DNA of 40,496 bases from Octopus sinensis (GCF_006345805.1 NW_021832514.1:1-40496); one strand, 5' to 3'; shown: positions 12,099 through 23,744, numbered from the stretch's first letter. Made by a program: numbers and translations. The notes: a model not told the origin generated them from the letters alone.

Positions 12099-12172
12099 GC
12101 CGGCTATGAGACTCGAACTCACACCTCCGTGATTACGCGCCTCAATGCTCTGAACCATTAAGCTAAACCACC
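12099..12172 (-). pseudogene. tRNA-like relic (possibly Thr-CGU-derived) or solo SINE head
   Basis: 74 nt: GGTGGTT-TA-GCTT..GAGC D-arm, intact T-arm GTGAG-TTCGAGT-CTCAT, mostly paired acceptor stem; the anticodon stem does not pair, so this is not a functional tRNA. Confidence 0.5.
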
Positions 12173-12227
12173 CACACTCATATATTTATATATATATATA
12201 AAATGACATATATATAGATACTCATAT

Positions 12228-12600
12228 CTCTTTACTCTTTTACTTGTTTCAGTCATTTGACTGCAGCCATGCTGGAGCACCACCTTTAATCGAGGAAATC
12301 GACCATCAGGACTTATTCTTTGTAAGCCTAGTACTTACTTATTCTATCGGTCTCTTTTTCCGAACCGCTAATTGTCAAGCGATGTTGGAGGGACAAACAC
12401 AGACACATAAACACACACACATATATATACATATATACGACGGGCTTCTTTCAGTTTCCGTCTACCAAATCCACTCACAAGGCTTTGGTCGGTCCGAGGC
12501 TATAGGAGAGGACACTTGCCCAAGATGCCACACAGTGGGACTGACCTGGAACCATGTGGTTGGTAAGCAAGCTACTTACCTCACAGCCACTCCTGCGCCT
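12228..12600 (-). mobile_element. SINE family B, full length
   Basis: Tail-to-head match to 4653-5046. Confidence 0.9.
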
Positions 12601-12623
12601 ATCATAATATATATATTATATAT

Positions 12624-12671
<48 letters not shown>

Positions 12672-12790
12672 AGTGGTTTCTTTCAGTTTTCCTTTATCAA
12701 AGCCACTCAAGGCTTTGGTCTTTCTGGAGCTATGCTAGATGGCACAGCCCCAAGGTGTCACGCAATTGGGCTGAACCAGGAAGCAAAATG
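12672..12790 (-). mobile_element. SINE family B fragment, decayed
   Basis: ttctttcagtttt...ccactcaaggctttggtc...cccaaggtgtcacgca. Confidence 0.65.
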
Positions 12791-12839
12791 CTACAGACAG
12801 ACAAACGTATACGATAGATGAGTAGATATTCACCATCCC

Positions 12840-13015
12840 TTTATATATATACATACATACACACACACATACATACATACATACATACATACATACATAC
12901 ATGCACGCATGCATGCATACATACATACATACATACAAACGTACATACATACATACATACATATATACATACATACATACATATATGCATGCATGCATGC
13001 ATGCATACATACATG
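12840..13015. repeat. (CATA)n/(CATG)n microsatellite
   Basis: Directly visible. Confidence 0.9.
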
Positions 13016-13687
13016 TATTTCTGTGAATATATACGCTTGTGTTTTCGCGTTTTAATACATTCAAACGCATATATGTACCTTTATACACACTTGCTAAAGA
13101 ACACGGTCATATTCACACTGACAATAACACAAACGCATACACTCACAAACGCATACATGTATGCACATTAACAAGTATGTACGTATGCATGCTAATAAAT
13201 GTTTGTGTCAAGTAATATTACAATATATACACTTATACAAACACAAACATATACACACCTATGCCTAGATACACACTAGTATCTATGTGTATATATGTGT
13301 GTATAGTTTATATGTGCCAGTGCAACTGTGTATATATTTATATATTCGTGCGTGAAACTAAGACACTGTTTTATTTATTAGTTTATTTATTTATTCTGAA
13401 TAATTTACCCTTTTTCATTCCGTCTGAGAGAATCTTTAAATTTTCTTCCAATTCTCATCTTAATTTCCATTTCCTCCTCTCAAGAGTTCTTTTCTTTTCT
13501 TTTTCTTTTTCTTTTTCTTTTTCTTTTTCTCTACATACATAGCCTTCATCATCATCACTATCACCGCCCCCCCCCTCCACCTCCCAGTACCAATATACCT
13601 CGTTCGTTCTGCTTTGCACCAAAATCCAACTTCGCATGTCTGTTGCGGGTCAATGAATTTTTTTCATTTACATGAACAGCAAGGAAG

Positions 13688-13731
13688 GTGCTGCTGCCGC
13701 TGCTGCTGCTGCCGCTGCTGCTGCTGCTGCT
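13688..13731. repeat. (CTG)n with CCG interruptions
   Basis: gtgctgctgccgctgctgctgctgccgctgctgctgctgctgct. Confidence 0.9.
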
Positions 13732-14049
13732 ACTTCTAACTACCACTGGTTTGTTACTGCTTCTTTCTCCAGAGGGTCTCTTGGCAACTCCCTTCAGCGT
13801 GTCAGCGCAGAAAACTCACATATGATGGATGAGTCGAACCCATAACAACAACAACAACAACAGAAGCAACAACCACAACAACAACAACAACAACAAGAGG
13901 AAGAGGAAAAGGGAAGTGAATGCGAGGGTGGGATAGGGGGCGACTACAATAAATCATAAGGTGAAAGCCCTTGAAATTGTTTTCGTCTGGAATAAACGCC
14001 ATTGCTCATAAGGCAGCAACGAGTGTACTCTTCCTGATTTTCTGTTGTG

Positions 14050-14066
14050 GGGGGGGGGGGAACTCA

Positions 14067-14111
<45 letters not shown>

Positions 14112-14550
14112 CACACACACACACACACGCACGCACACACACACACACACACACAAACACAAACACATACATACATACGTATATATATATATATATATAC
14201 ATGCGTATGCCCTGTTTTTGATAATGTTGGTAACACCATCTAAATAACATCATCATCATCACCGCCACTACCATCATCATCATCATCATCATCATCATCA
14301 TTCCATATCGCCGTCATCTCCATCTCCATAATCACTCGAGAATATCATCATCTTTGCTATACCCCATTTACTTCTCATCTCATCATCATCATCATCATCA
14401 TCATCTCACCACTACCACCATCATCATCACCATTATCATCATCGCAACTGTCATCTTCATCACTACCTCCATCATCATCATCGTCGTCAATAACAACATC
14501 ACCACATCCACCACCACAACCACTGCCGCCGCCGCCGCCGCCACCAAACA
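14050..14550. repeat. Compound (CA)n/(TA)n/(CAT)n/(CAC)n/(GCC)n block
   Basis: Directly visible. Confidence 0.9.
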
Positions 14551-14818
14551 AGAGTGATATTGTTGTTGTTCTTAATGTTAATGAAGTAGCTGTTGTTCAG
14601 AGATCTGTCTTAAAGTAAATAGGTTTGTGAAGTAAACATTCCGACCGTGACCATCTCTACTTTTTGAAACACACATAACTACAATATCTAGTGGGTTGTC
14701 TCTCATCTTTACGCGATTGTACGGAGATTTGGCTGGTATTTCTTGCTGATGGAACGACCGGTAAAATCTTTCTTTAGCTTATAATTATTGTCGTCACTAT
14801 TGTTGTAGTTGTTGTTGT

Positions 14819-14850
<32 letters not shown>

Positions 14851-15601
14851 TCTTATGGTGTCAGGTTTTCTGTGGCTGGGTAGACTTCCGTGCAGAACGT
14901 AAAGGAGGTCTATATGTGACCGCCCTATCTTTTTGCATACGCATTCAGAAAGTACCACGTCATTTATATTCATTAATTTCCAAAGTTTGATGTGAGGGAG
15001 ATTTGGCTGCTATTTCCCACCTGGCCGAACGACCACATAGAAGTTCGCTCACTGCTTCTTTATTTTTTATATATATATATTTTTAATGATGAGCGACACT
15101 GGGAAAATAAAATCCCGCCACGGTCAAGTTTGACCTTCAACCTTTTGAGCGTTAATAAAATGAACCCAGCCATGAGCTTCCTTGATGGTTTACTTAAAAC
15201 GTGACCCAGTTTATTTACGGCCACCTGGCACCTTAAATGCTTTAGTGGAGTTCACTTTCCAGCAAGTATTCGAACCTGGTCTCCTGTTTGAGCGAAACTT
15301 TCTTCACCGATTCCTACTAAAGTCAAAGACTTATGTAAATAGTCACAGGAACTGACATTCCATACTTTTATTTTTTTAAGCGGATAAGGAATCGTGTGAT
15401 CTTTATCTTAATTCTCTTTCTGTAAATTTAAAACCCTGCCGAAGACGAACGAAAACGAATTATGTTACTGAAAAGTTCTAGGGTTTAAGGGTGTCGCGAA
15501 AGGCCTGGCTTCAGGTCCAACCTTCTGAGTTCTTTTATAGGGCTTAGAAAAAACTGAAGTACCGCTGCAATAAATGTATGAATCTGAGAGAAAAATATGT
15601 T

Positions 15602-16004
15602 GGATCTTTTCGGTTTGAACGGCAGTTTTTTAAAATAATTTCCACGTAACTAAACACTTTTAAACGTTATATACTTGTAGAATGTGTTTATAAAACATCT
15701 TTTTCTCTTGGCTTTATTGAGAAAATTCTATAGTTTGTGAGATATTTGTTGTGTTTTTTTTCTTTCAATTTCTACCAATCAGTGACGTCTATTGAGTTAA
15801 AACGCATTCTGTGCCGTATGAATATGTCCCTCGTTTAAGAAACAGATTGGGTTTATTTACATTTCTGAAGAAAAACGATACCCTTCCCCTACCCCTAACC
15901 CTAAAAGAGAATGAAATGCAATAGATCGATACTAGGGTCATAATTATGGGTGACAATTTCATGACACCGCTTGTAAAAACTGCCGTTCAAACCGAAAATA
16001 TTCC
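15602..16004. mobile_element. 403-bp MITE with ~29-bp TIRs and a perfect 8-bp TSD
   Basis: TIRs GGATCTTTTCGGTTTGAACGGCAGTTTTT and AAAAACTGCCGTTCAAACCGAAAATATTCC; AATATGTT duplicated at 15594-15601 and 16005-16012. Superfamily not assigned (GG..CC ends plus an 8-bp TSD would fit Merlin-like elements). Confidence 0.85.
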
Positions 16005-16231
16005 AATATGTTGAATAAAAATCATTATTAACTGAGCCTTCTATATTTTCTTTTACCCAAAGCTAGGAACTTTTCAGCACCTATCTCGTATGGAAGGGTA
16101 GTGAGTGAATCAATATTGTAAAAGAAACATTTCGATCAGTTCTAAAATGCTACGGACATATTTAACACGTTTAAAGGTAAACTGCGGTGAAAACGTCTGC
16201 GTAAAATGCTTTCTTATTTTGTTATGTTCAA

Positions 16232-16410
16232 GATGGCGAGCTAGCAAGGTCATTAGCACACGGGAAAAGTGCTTGGCGGTAACTGATCCGTCTTTACGTT
16301 CTGGGTTCAAATTTCGCTGAGGTCAACTTTTCCTTTCATCTCTTTAGGGCCATGAAAATAAGTACCGGATGAGCACTGGGGTCAATGTATTCAGTTAGCC
16401 CCTCTCTGCA
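16232..16410 (+). mobile_element. SINE family A, decayed
   Basis: ggcgagctagcaag...gggttcaaatttcgctgaggtcaacttt.cctttcatc...aaataagtacc. Confidence 0.7.
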
Positions 16411-17466
16411 ATGATTTTTGGTAAGCAGCGTCGATATTTATAATTCTGTAAATGATAATAATAATATTTTATAATTTTAAAGCTTATAAGCGATCTTCGT
16501 GTAATGACTAAAGAAAATAGTCAAATAATGAGGACATGTAAGCCATCGACGGAAAAAAGTAGGGTTTCCTGTACGCATGGGAGTCCGCAAAAAAAAAAAA
16601 GCGTACATGACATGACTTACAAAAGCAACACTGCGACTAGTTACAGTTCCTAAATCTGCACAGAATGAAGCCATGGTTTCCTTGTTCGAGATCGATGCTT
16701 TCAAGAAACCCTACTTTTTTTTGGTCGTGGTCTTATATGCCCCAATATTAGATTTTTCTTAGCCATTACACGGTGATCGCTAATAAGCTTATACAATATC
16801 ATTCACAGAATTGTAAAAATCGACACTGCTTTCCAAAAGCCATCGCATATATATTACATATATATATATATATATATTATACATACCTACATATGTATAT
16901 TATATATATATATATAATATATATATATATGTCTGTCTCCATTGAACCAAGAATAAAACCCATCCCCACTGATAGATCTAAATAACAAAGTGAACTCAGT
17001 GATAAAAAATCTACAGATGGGGAAGGTCATACTACTACCGCCATGTCTTAATGATAAAATTAACATCTTAGTCTATATATCTACCTCTTTGTAATGTTGG
17101 CAAATGAAATAAGTATAAAAATGTACATTGTCCATTTAATTAAAACATTCTATATGTGGCTGAAGATTGCTTTACATTTTAAAACTGATGTAATACTTAC
17201 ATTGTTTAATAAAATGAGTAGCATGAAACAATTGTACTACACTACCTTGGATATCCTTGTTGCTTATTTTGATTATAATCACCCCCATTGATTTATCTGG
17301 ATAATACCACAACCAAATTCTGGTACCTTTAACTTAAGTACCATATTCATCTGAATCTAAATTTTGTTGAACTTATATATATATTAGTGGTCCCCTTAGT
17401 AAAGTAAGAGTCAAAAGGGTCTATAGGGAAGAAAATGTAAAATGGTTGGGAACCTCTAATCTAGAT

Positions 17467-18718
17467 GAATGTAGGACAAAAAACCCCTAGGACAAAAGCC
17501 CCTTGGTCAAAGACCCCAAAGTTAAAGTGTGAAACTGGACAAAAGCTCATCGGACAAAAGCCTCACGGTTATATTTTACGGTTATTTTTTGCTTTTTTTT
17601 CACCTTTTACTTGTAGCCATGCTAAAGCACCACCTCAAAGAATTTTTAGAAATAACAGCCAAATCTCTTTAAAGTTTTTCATAACCCCCTTGGTTATATT
17701 TTTATTATTCTTCGCATCTTTATTTCTTAAAAATTCTTTTTATTTGTTTCAGTCATTGGACTGCGGCCATGCTGGGGCACCGCCTTGAAAAATCTTTAGT
17801 CGCAGAAAAATCAGCATTTTAAAATTTAAAGTCTTTTCTTTTCTTTTTTCTCAGCACTTAAGACTAATGAGAATGAGCTGACCTTTTGAACTTTCTCCGG
17901 CCGTTGAAGGTCTAACAGAATTACGGCGCCGAAGGCTAGTCATTCAAACGTACTTCTTATCGTTTCTACACATTTCTTGAAGTAAATGTTTTCCCTTTTG
18001 TTAGAATACAGACAATATGTAGATTGAGTAGTAAAGAGTTTAGCTCTGTTCTGTTTATTCTATCATTGATGTTAGGTTCATTTATTTTCATTTTCAAACT
18101 ATTTATTCTAAAAACAAGGAAACACGGAACATACCATTGTGAGGGACATAAATGCTTTGACACCGTTTTTTGATGGACTATATTATATTTATTTAAAAGT
18201 TAGAATTTTGGAAAATAATATTTTTTTTTTACAACCGCGATTTCCGTTTTTGTTTACGTGAAATTATATAAAAAGAAAATTTAAAGATTCGGCTGTTATT
18301 TCTAGCATGTAGAGAGACCTTCTAGGCTTAACTTCATATGTTGGTTGAAAATCCTCTAAAATATATTCTAAGGTCGATACATACGACTAAAAATTCCTCA
18401 AGGCGGCGCCCCAGCATGGCCACAGTCCAATGATTGAAACAAATAAAAAGAAAATTAAAATATATCACAGAAGTGGTTTTAATCAAGCTTTAAAAAAATT
18501 CTGAGTTCCATACAGCTATCTAAAAATTCTTCAAGGTGGTACCCCAGCATGAAACAAGTAAAAGATGAAAAAAAAGGTGAGCAAAATAAACGAAAGATAT
18601 AACCGTGGGTCGTTTGTGCGAGGGGCTTTTGTCCACTTTCACACTTTAACTATGGAGCATTTTGTTTGAGGCGATTTTGGTCGGGGGATTTTGTCCTAGA
18701 GAGCTCTTGTCCGGATTC
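17467..18718. mobile_element. 1252-bp non-autonomous foldback/Mutator-like element with ~335-bp TIRs
   Basis: 17467-17802 is the inverted counterpart of 18384-18718; GGACAAAA(G)CCCC subrepeats at the outer ends; diverged 10-bp TSD TAATCTAGAT / CAGTCTAGGT (three transitions). Confidence 0.75.
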
Positions 18719-18939
18719 CAGTCTAGGTACATCTATATTTTGAAGTAACATTTACTGTTTTATGTTCAACATGGTTTCGTATCAGTTAGTACAGTTCAAT
18801 CTGCTTGTAAAAGCAGATTTTTCTTACCTTCAGCATATCTGAACCAGCAGTAAAGTTATATGATGAAATTCTATGTCTTCTTGATTTCATAAAATAAAAG
18901 ACACCTCTGATAAGTGATGATTTCGTATTAACTGCATCG

Positions 18940-19290
18940 ACGCTGGCAACGGGTAGTGTCAGAGCTATGCCGTCGGGAACTTCGGTTCCTGGTAGGGCCA
19001 CCCAAGGCGGATTGGTCTGACACTGAGTGGTATTAGGGCCACAACCCGGCAGACAGGGCTCTGGTGAAAAATCCTCGGAGTGTCTGTTTCGGCAACCGGC
19101 GGCTCCTCGGTCGTTCTGTCCCTGCGTCTGCGGACAATCTGCGGCAAACAGGATGTCTCCACATGCGGGATTGTTGGGGACCGCTTGTGAGATCCACATA
19201 TTCCCACGAAACTTCTTCCATGAGTAGAAGAAGCCGACTCAACCCGCCCAGGGTGAATGTCGTCACAAGTACAAGTACAAGTAAGAATAT
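18940..19290 (+). mobile_element. RTE-clade-derived short element (5'UTR-like structured part plus ORF C-terminus and tandem tail)
   Basis: GC-rich island ending in an (ACAAGT)3 tail. GNRRLLGRS...DNL resembles the RTE C-terminal R-R-GRP..W.D motif, and CCTGGTAGGGCCACCCA resembles RTE/Expander 5'UTR motifs (both from memory). Confidence 0.45.
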
Positions 19291-19486
19291 TGAAACACAC
19301 TTTTAGATATAATATGCAATGAAATGTCTTCTGACAAGAAGACAAGTACGGTAAAAGCAACAAGCAGTGTTTCCAAATATTGCCATACGTGGAGTTTGAC
19401 TTTCATCTTCATGGCATTAATCACAAATTACTATGATTGAATAAAATCGACGGTTCCCTTTTGAAAATATTTGTCCCTGTTTTGTT

Positions 19487-19714
19487 AAGGCAACAAGCTG
19501 GCAGAAACCTCAGCACGCCGGGCGAAATGCGTAGCTGTACTTCGTCTGCCGTTACGTTCTGAGTTCAAATACCGCCGAGGACGACTTTGCCTTTCATCCT
19601 TTCGGAGTCGATAAATTAAGTACCAGTTACGCACTGGGGTCGATGTAATTGCCTTAATCCGTTTGTCGTCCTTGTTTGTCCCCTCTATGTTTAGCTCCTT
19701 GTGGGTAATAAATA
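19487..19714 (+). mobile_element. SINE family A monomer
   Basis: Head, core and 3' unit ending gtgggtaataaataa. Confidence 0.9.
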
Positions 19715-19964
19715 AACACACACACATATATATATACTTCTTACATTGTTTGCCCTCCTCTCCGTTTTCGGACCTTTCTGTTATTATGTAAAGCCACCTC
19801 ACGACCACAAGAATAGTAAATTCTTCTTGTAATGTCCACTCTTTTGATGCATCTGTGGCTATTAATAGAAATACTAATCATCACCGTCGCCGTCGTCCTC
19901 CTAATCATCTTGATTATCATCATAATCATCATCAAACATCATTACTAGGATCATTATCATTATT

Positions 19965-20345
19965 GGCGAGCTGGCAGAATCGTTAGCACGCCGGACGTAA
20001 TGCTTAGCGGTATTTCGTCTGCCGCTATGTTCTGAGTTCAAATTCCGCCGAGGTCGACTTTGCCTTTCATCTTTTCGGGGTCGATTAAATAAGTACCAGT
20101 TACGCACTGGGGTCGATATAAACGACTTAATCCGTTTGTCTGTCCTTGTTTGTCCCCTCTCTGTTTAGCCCCTTGTGAGTAGTAAAGAAATAGGTATTTC
20201 GTCAGTGTCTTTATGTTCTGAGTTCAAATTCCACCGAGGTTGACTTTGCCTTTCATTCTTTCAGGGTTAATAAATTAAGTACCTCTGATACATTAGGCTC
20301 GATGTGACCGACTATCCCCTCCCCTCAAATTGCAGACCTTGTGTC
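19965..20345 (+). mobile_element. SINE family A with second (older-looking) unit
   Basis: Junction agtaaagaaatag|gtatttcgtc near 20190. Confidence 0.85.
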
Positions 20346-20369
20346 TATAGTAGAGAGGATTGCTATTGT

Positions 20370-20545
20370 TAAGGCAACGAGCTGGCTGATCCGTTAGCAC
20401 GCCGGACAAAGTACTTAGCATCATTTCGCTCGGTTCCTTACATTCTGAGTTCGAATTCCGTCTTTTATCTTTTGGGGGTCACTGAAATAAATATCATTCA
20501 AATACTGGGGTCTCTCGTTGTAATCGGAAAGTCCCCTCCCACCAA
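20370..20545 (+). mobile_element. SINE family A, decayed
   Basis: aaggcaacgagctggctga.ccgttagcacgccgg...gagttcgaattcc. Confidence 0.7.
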
Positions 20546-20899
20546 AAATTTCATGCCATGTGCCTACAGTCGAAGTAATTGTTGTTATCATTTATTTTTT
20601 TTTTCTTCTGATTCCTTTTTTTTTTATTTCCATCTCTTAAACAGCGCTTATTTTAGTTGTTTATTCGTTTTCTGTTTGTTTTATTTGTTCATTTCTTCCC
20701 GCTAAGCACAGACTGAAATTTGCATGTAAACCTCCAGTTATTGCTTGAGTATGTATATCTGGGTGTGGAACAGAACCATCAGTGAACCGTAAAAGAAAGG
20801 TTATGTATGCGAAACAATTAAGGCGGGGACTTTTGGTAGAGCAGTAAAATGGAATTAATTACAAATGAACTTTTATTACGAATATATTGTTGCTGTTGT

Positions 20900-20911
20900 T
20901 GTCATTATCAC

Positions 20912-20975
<64 letters not shown>

Positions 20976-20996
20976 TATTGTTGTTGTTGTTGTTGT
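20900..20996. repeat. (TAT)n(TGT)n microsatellite
   Basis: Directly visible. Confidence 0.9.
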
Positions 20997-21333
20997 TTAC
21001 TGTTCAGCCGTGCTTTTGACTACGCTCTTAGAGGATCTACATTCTAACAGGTTTAAACTATGATGGAAGACGAATTTTTCGAATTTATTTTCACACGAAA
21101 TATATTTCAACATTTGGAACATTGTCCATTGAGGCTCGAAACGAAATAATAAAGGGTTTTTTTTAATTTATTGTTGTTTGGTTTTTTAGTAGTAGTTTGC
21201 CTTCTTAAACATACATGTATAATTCAGGGGCCTGGCACGCCTACCAAAACAAACATATTGATGGGGAACATGTCTTCGCGGATTTTAAACACTTAAAAAA
21301 TAAAACAAAATATCGAAGAAGAACATACTGAAG

Positions 21334-21544
21334 CAGTGATTCTCAACCATTGTTTTTACCCATGGACCCCATTGGTTCTTATTTCACTCGGGTGGATCCC
21401 CTATTGCACTTTTATAAATAAATATTATTTGGAATTGTATAAAAAATTGCGAAAAATACTTTGTGTATTGTAGAAATATAACCAGGTTATTGTATGTAAA
21501 TATTAATAATAAAATCTTATATGGACCCTGCTTGTGAACCACAG
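21334..21544. mobile_element. 211-bp hAT-type MITE
   Basis: Left end CAGTGATTCTCAAC, right end CTTGTGAACCACAG (degenerate inverse); 8-bp flanks TACTGAAG / AACTAAAG (6 of 8 match). Confidence 0.6.
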
Positions 21545-21613
21545 AACTAAAGTAAGATACACAGATTTTGGAAAGGGAGCACATTGACATTCGAAGCAAA
21601 TGGTATTGAGAAC

Positions 21614-22030
21614 AAGGCGGCGAGCTGGCAGAAACGTTAGCACGCCGGGCGAAATGCTTAGCAGTATCTCGTCTGCCGCTACGTTCTGAGTTCAAATTTC
21701 GCTGAGGTCGACTTTACCTGTCATCCTTTCGGGGTCGATAAATAAGTACCAGTTACGCACTGGGTCGATATAATCGACTTAATCCATTTGTCTGTCCTTG
21801 TTTGTCCTCTCTGTGTTTAGCCCCTTGTGAGTAGTAAAGAAATAGGTATTTCGTCTGCCGCTAACGTTGTGAGTTCAAATTCCGCCAAGGTCGACTTTAC
21901 CTGTCATCCTTTCGGTGTCGATAAATAAGTACCAGTTACGCACTGGGTCGATATAATCGACTTAATCCATTTGTCTGTCCTTGTTTGTTCCCTCTATGTT
22001 TAGCCCCTTGTGGGTAGTAAAGAAATAGGT
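21614..22030 (+). mobile_element. SINE family A with duplicated 3' unit
   Basis: Head aaggcggcgagctggcagaaacg; junction agtaaagaaatag|gtatttcgtctgccg near 21845. Confidence 0.9.
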
Positions 22031-22328
22031 ATTATTTCTATTTACCGCATAAAAATTGTCATGCGTCTATTCAATCAATTCTATTAAATTGATTACCTGC
22101 ACAGATACTTGTCCACTAATTTTTAAAGGGAGAAGCAGAGAAGATGGAACAATTAATTATATCGACCACCAATTAATAGCAGGGTACTTATCTTATCGGC
22201 TCTGGAAGAATGAAAAGGGTAGTAATGAATTTTAATCGCCTATTTGTTGAGTTGTGTGCACTTTCTACGATAAACTATCTCACGTGTACTGAAATCATCT
22301 GCTTAAGTCTATCTCTGTCTATCTATTA

Positions 22329-22480
22329 CAGGGGTTCTTAACCATTTTTTTTTATCTATGGACCTCTTTGATCGCTAGTTTATTCCGATGCCCCACTTCT
22401 CCTATAGCCTTTCGGATTTTAAAAACTAGTTTATAGAAACCTCTCAAAATTCCTGTTTAGTTTTCCACACATAAAATTGT
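22329..22480 (+). mobile_element. Left end of a hAT-type MITE related to 21334-21544
   Basis: caggggttcttaaccatttttttt..ctatggacc resembles cagtgattctcaaccattgttttt.cccatggacc; no right TIR seen. Confidence 0.45.
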
Positions 22481-22652
22481 GTAGGTTGAACTAGGCAGTG
22501 CGGGGGTGGGTGTGTTCTATGCTTTGACCAGTGCATAAAACAGGACTCTCCTCTTTGAGCTGAGAAATTAATGGATGCCTGGTGAGTGTTTTGTTGTGGT
22601 TACCCCTCCTAAAAAAATTGGGAATAGGCCTGAGTGTGTGTGTGTATATATA

Positions 22653-22688
<36 letters not shown>

Positions 22689-22761
22689 TACATTAAAACA
22701 TGATATAATTTAAATTTTAAAAAATGTGAAAGATAATTTGGTTGACCCCTCCAGACAATGT

Positions 22762-23256
22762 GTTAGAACCCGAAAGGATGAAGGCAAAGTCGACCTCGCG
22801 GAATTTGAACTCAGAACGTAACGATCGGCAGACGAAATACCTATTTCTTTACTACCCACAGGGGCTAAACACAGAGAGGACAAACAAGGACAGACAAACG
22901 GATTAAGTCGATTATATCGACCTCAATACGTAATTGGTCCTTTATTTATCGACCCCGAAAGGATGAAAGGCAAAGTCGACCGCGGCGGAATTTGAACTCA
23001 GAACGTAGCGACAGACGAAATGCGGATACGCATTTCGCCCGGCGTGTTAGCGTTTCTGCCAGCTCGCCGCCTTTTATAGGTATTAAGTCGATTAAGTCGA
23101 TTATACCAGTGCGTAACTGGTACTTAATTTATCGACCCCGAAAGGATGAAAGGCAAAGTCGACCTCGGCGAAATTTGAACTTACAACGTAACGGCAGACG
23201 AAATACCGCTAAGCATTTCGCCCGGTGTGCTAACGTTTCTGCCAGCTCGCCGCCCT
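22762..23256 (-). mobile_element. SINE family A tandem cluster (partial unit, full copy, second head copy)
   Basis: Two reverse-complement heads (ending near 23070 and 23256) and the conserved multimer junction near 22838. Confidence 0.9.
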
Positions 23257-23744
23257 AAAGCGGTATGAAAGAATACCTTAAAACAAAAATTTGATTTTAT
23301 TATTTCTTCAAGAAGTGTAATAGAATAAAAAAAAAAAGCAAATGCGTAATCGCAGCCGAATCAGGCTGTAAACCAGATTCGATTCACTTACTCATTACAC
23401 ATTTCTTGAAATATTTGGCTGTCCTGTGTTTATAAACAAAAGTATTATTGTATCACATGACGTTGAAAAAACATAGGAGAAGACGTAAAGGAGGGGGGGG
23501 GTGAAGGGGAGCAGCGGGAGTGAGCGAGATATGAGGTAAAAGACACAACCAAAAACGGAGCAGAGGAATTGAATCAGATTATTAATCATACCACAACACA
23601 CACAACACGAATATTTCCTGATTATATAATTATATATATATATATAATATATATTTTCAGCAAAGGTTTCTGTGGTTTGTTTTCACATCATTTGCGTTGT
23701 ATATTTAAAAATCATTTCCTAAATTTCTATTCTTATTTATTTAT

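Noticed and set aside
15888-15903. CCCCTAACCCTAA as an interstitial telomere
   Set aside because: Only two units, and they lie inside a MITE.
21129-21142. GAGGCTCGAAACG resembling the 3' half of the hammerhead motif
   Set aside because: No upstream CTG.NGA core and no stem II partner.
1643-23256. Regularly recurring conserved units that might suggest a CRISPR-like array
   Set aside because: The units are dispersed eukaryotic SINEs of 190-400 bp with no repeat-spacer periodicity and no cas genes.
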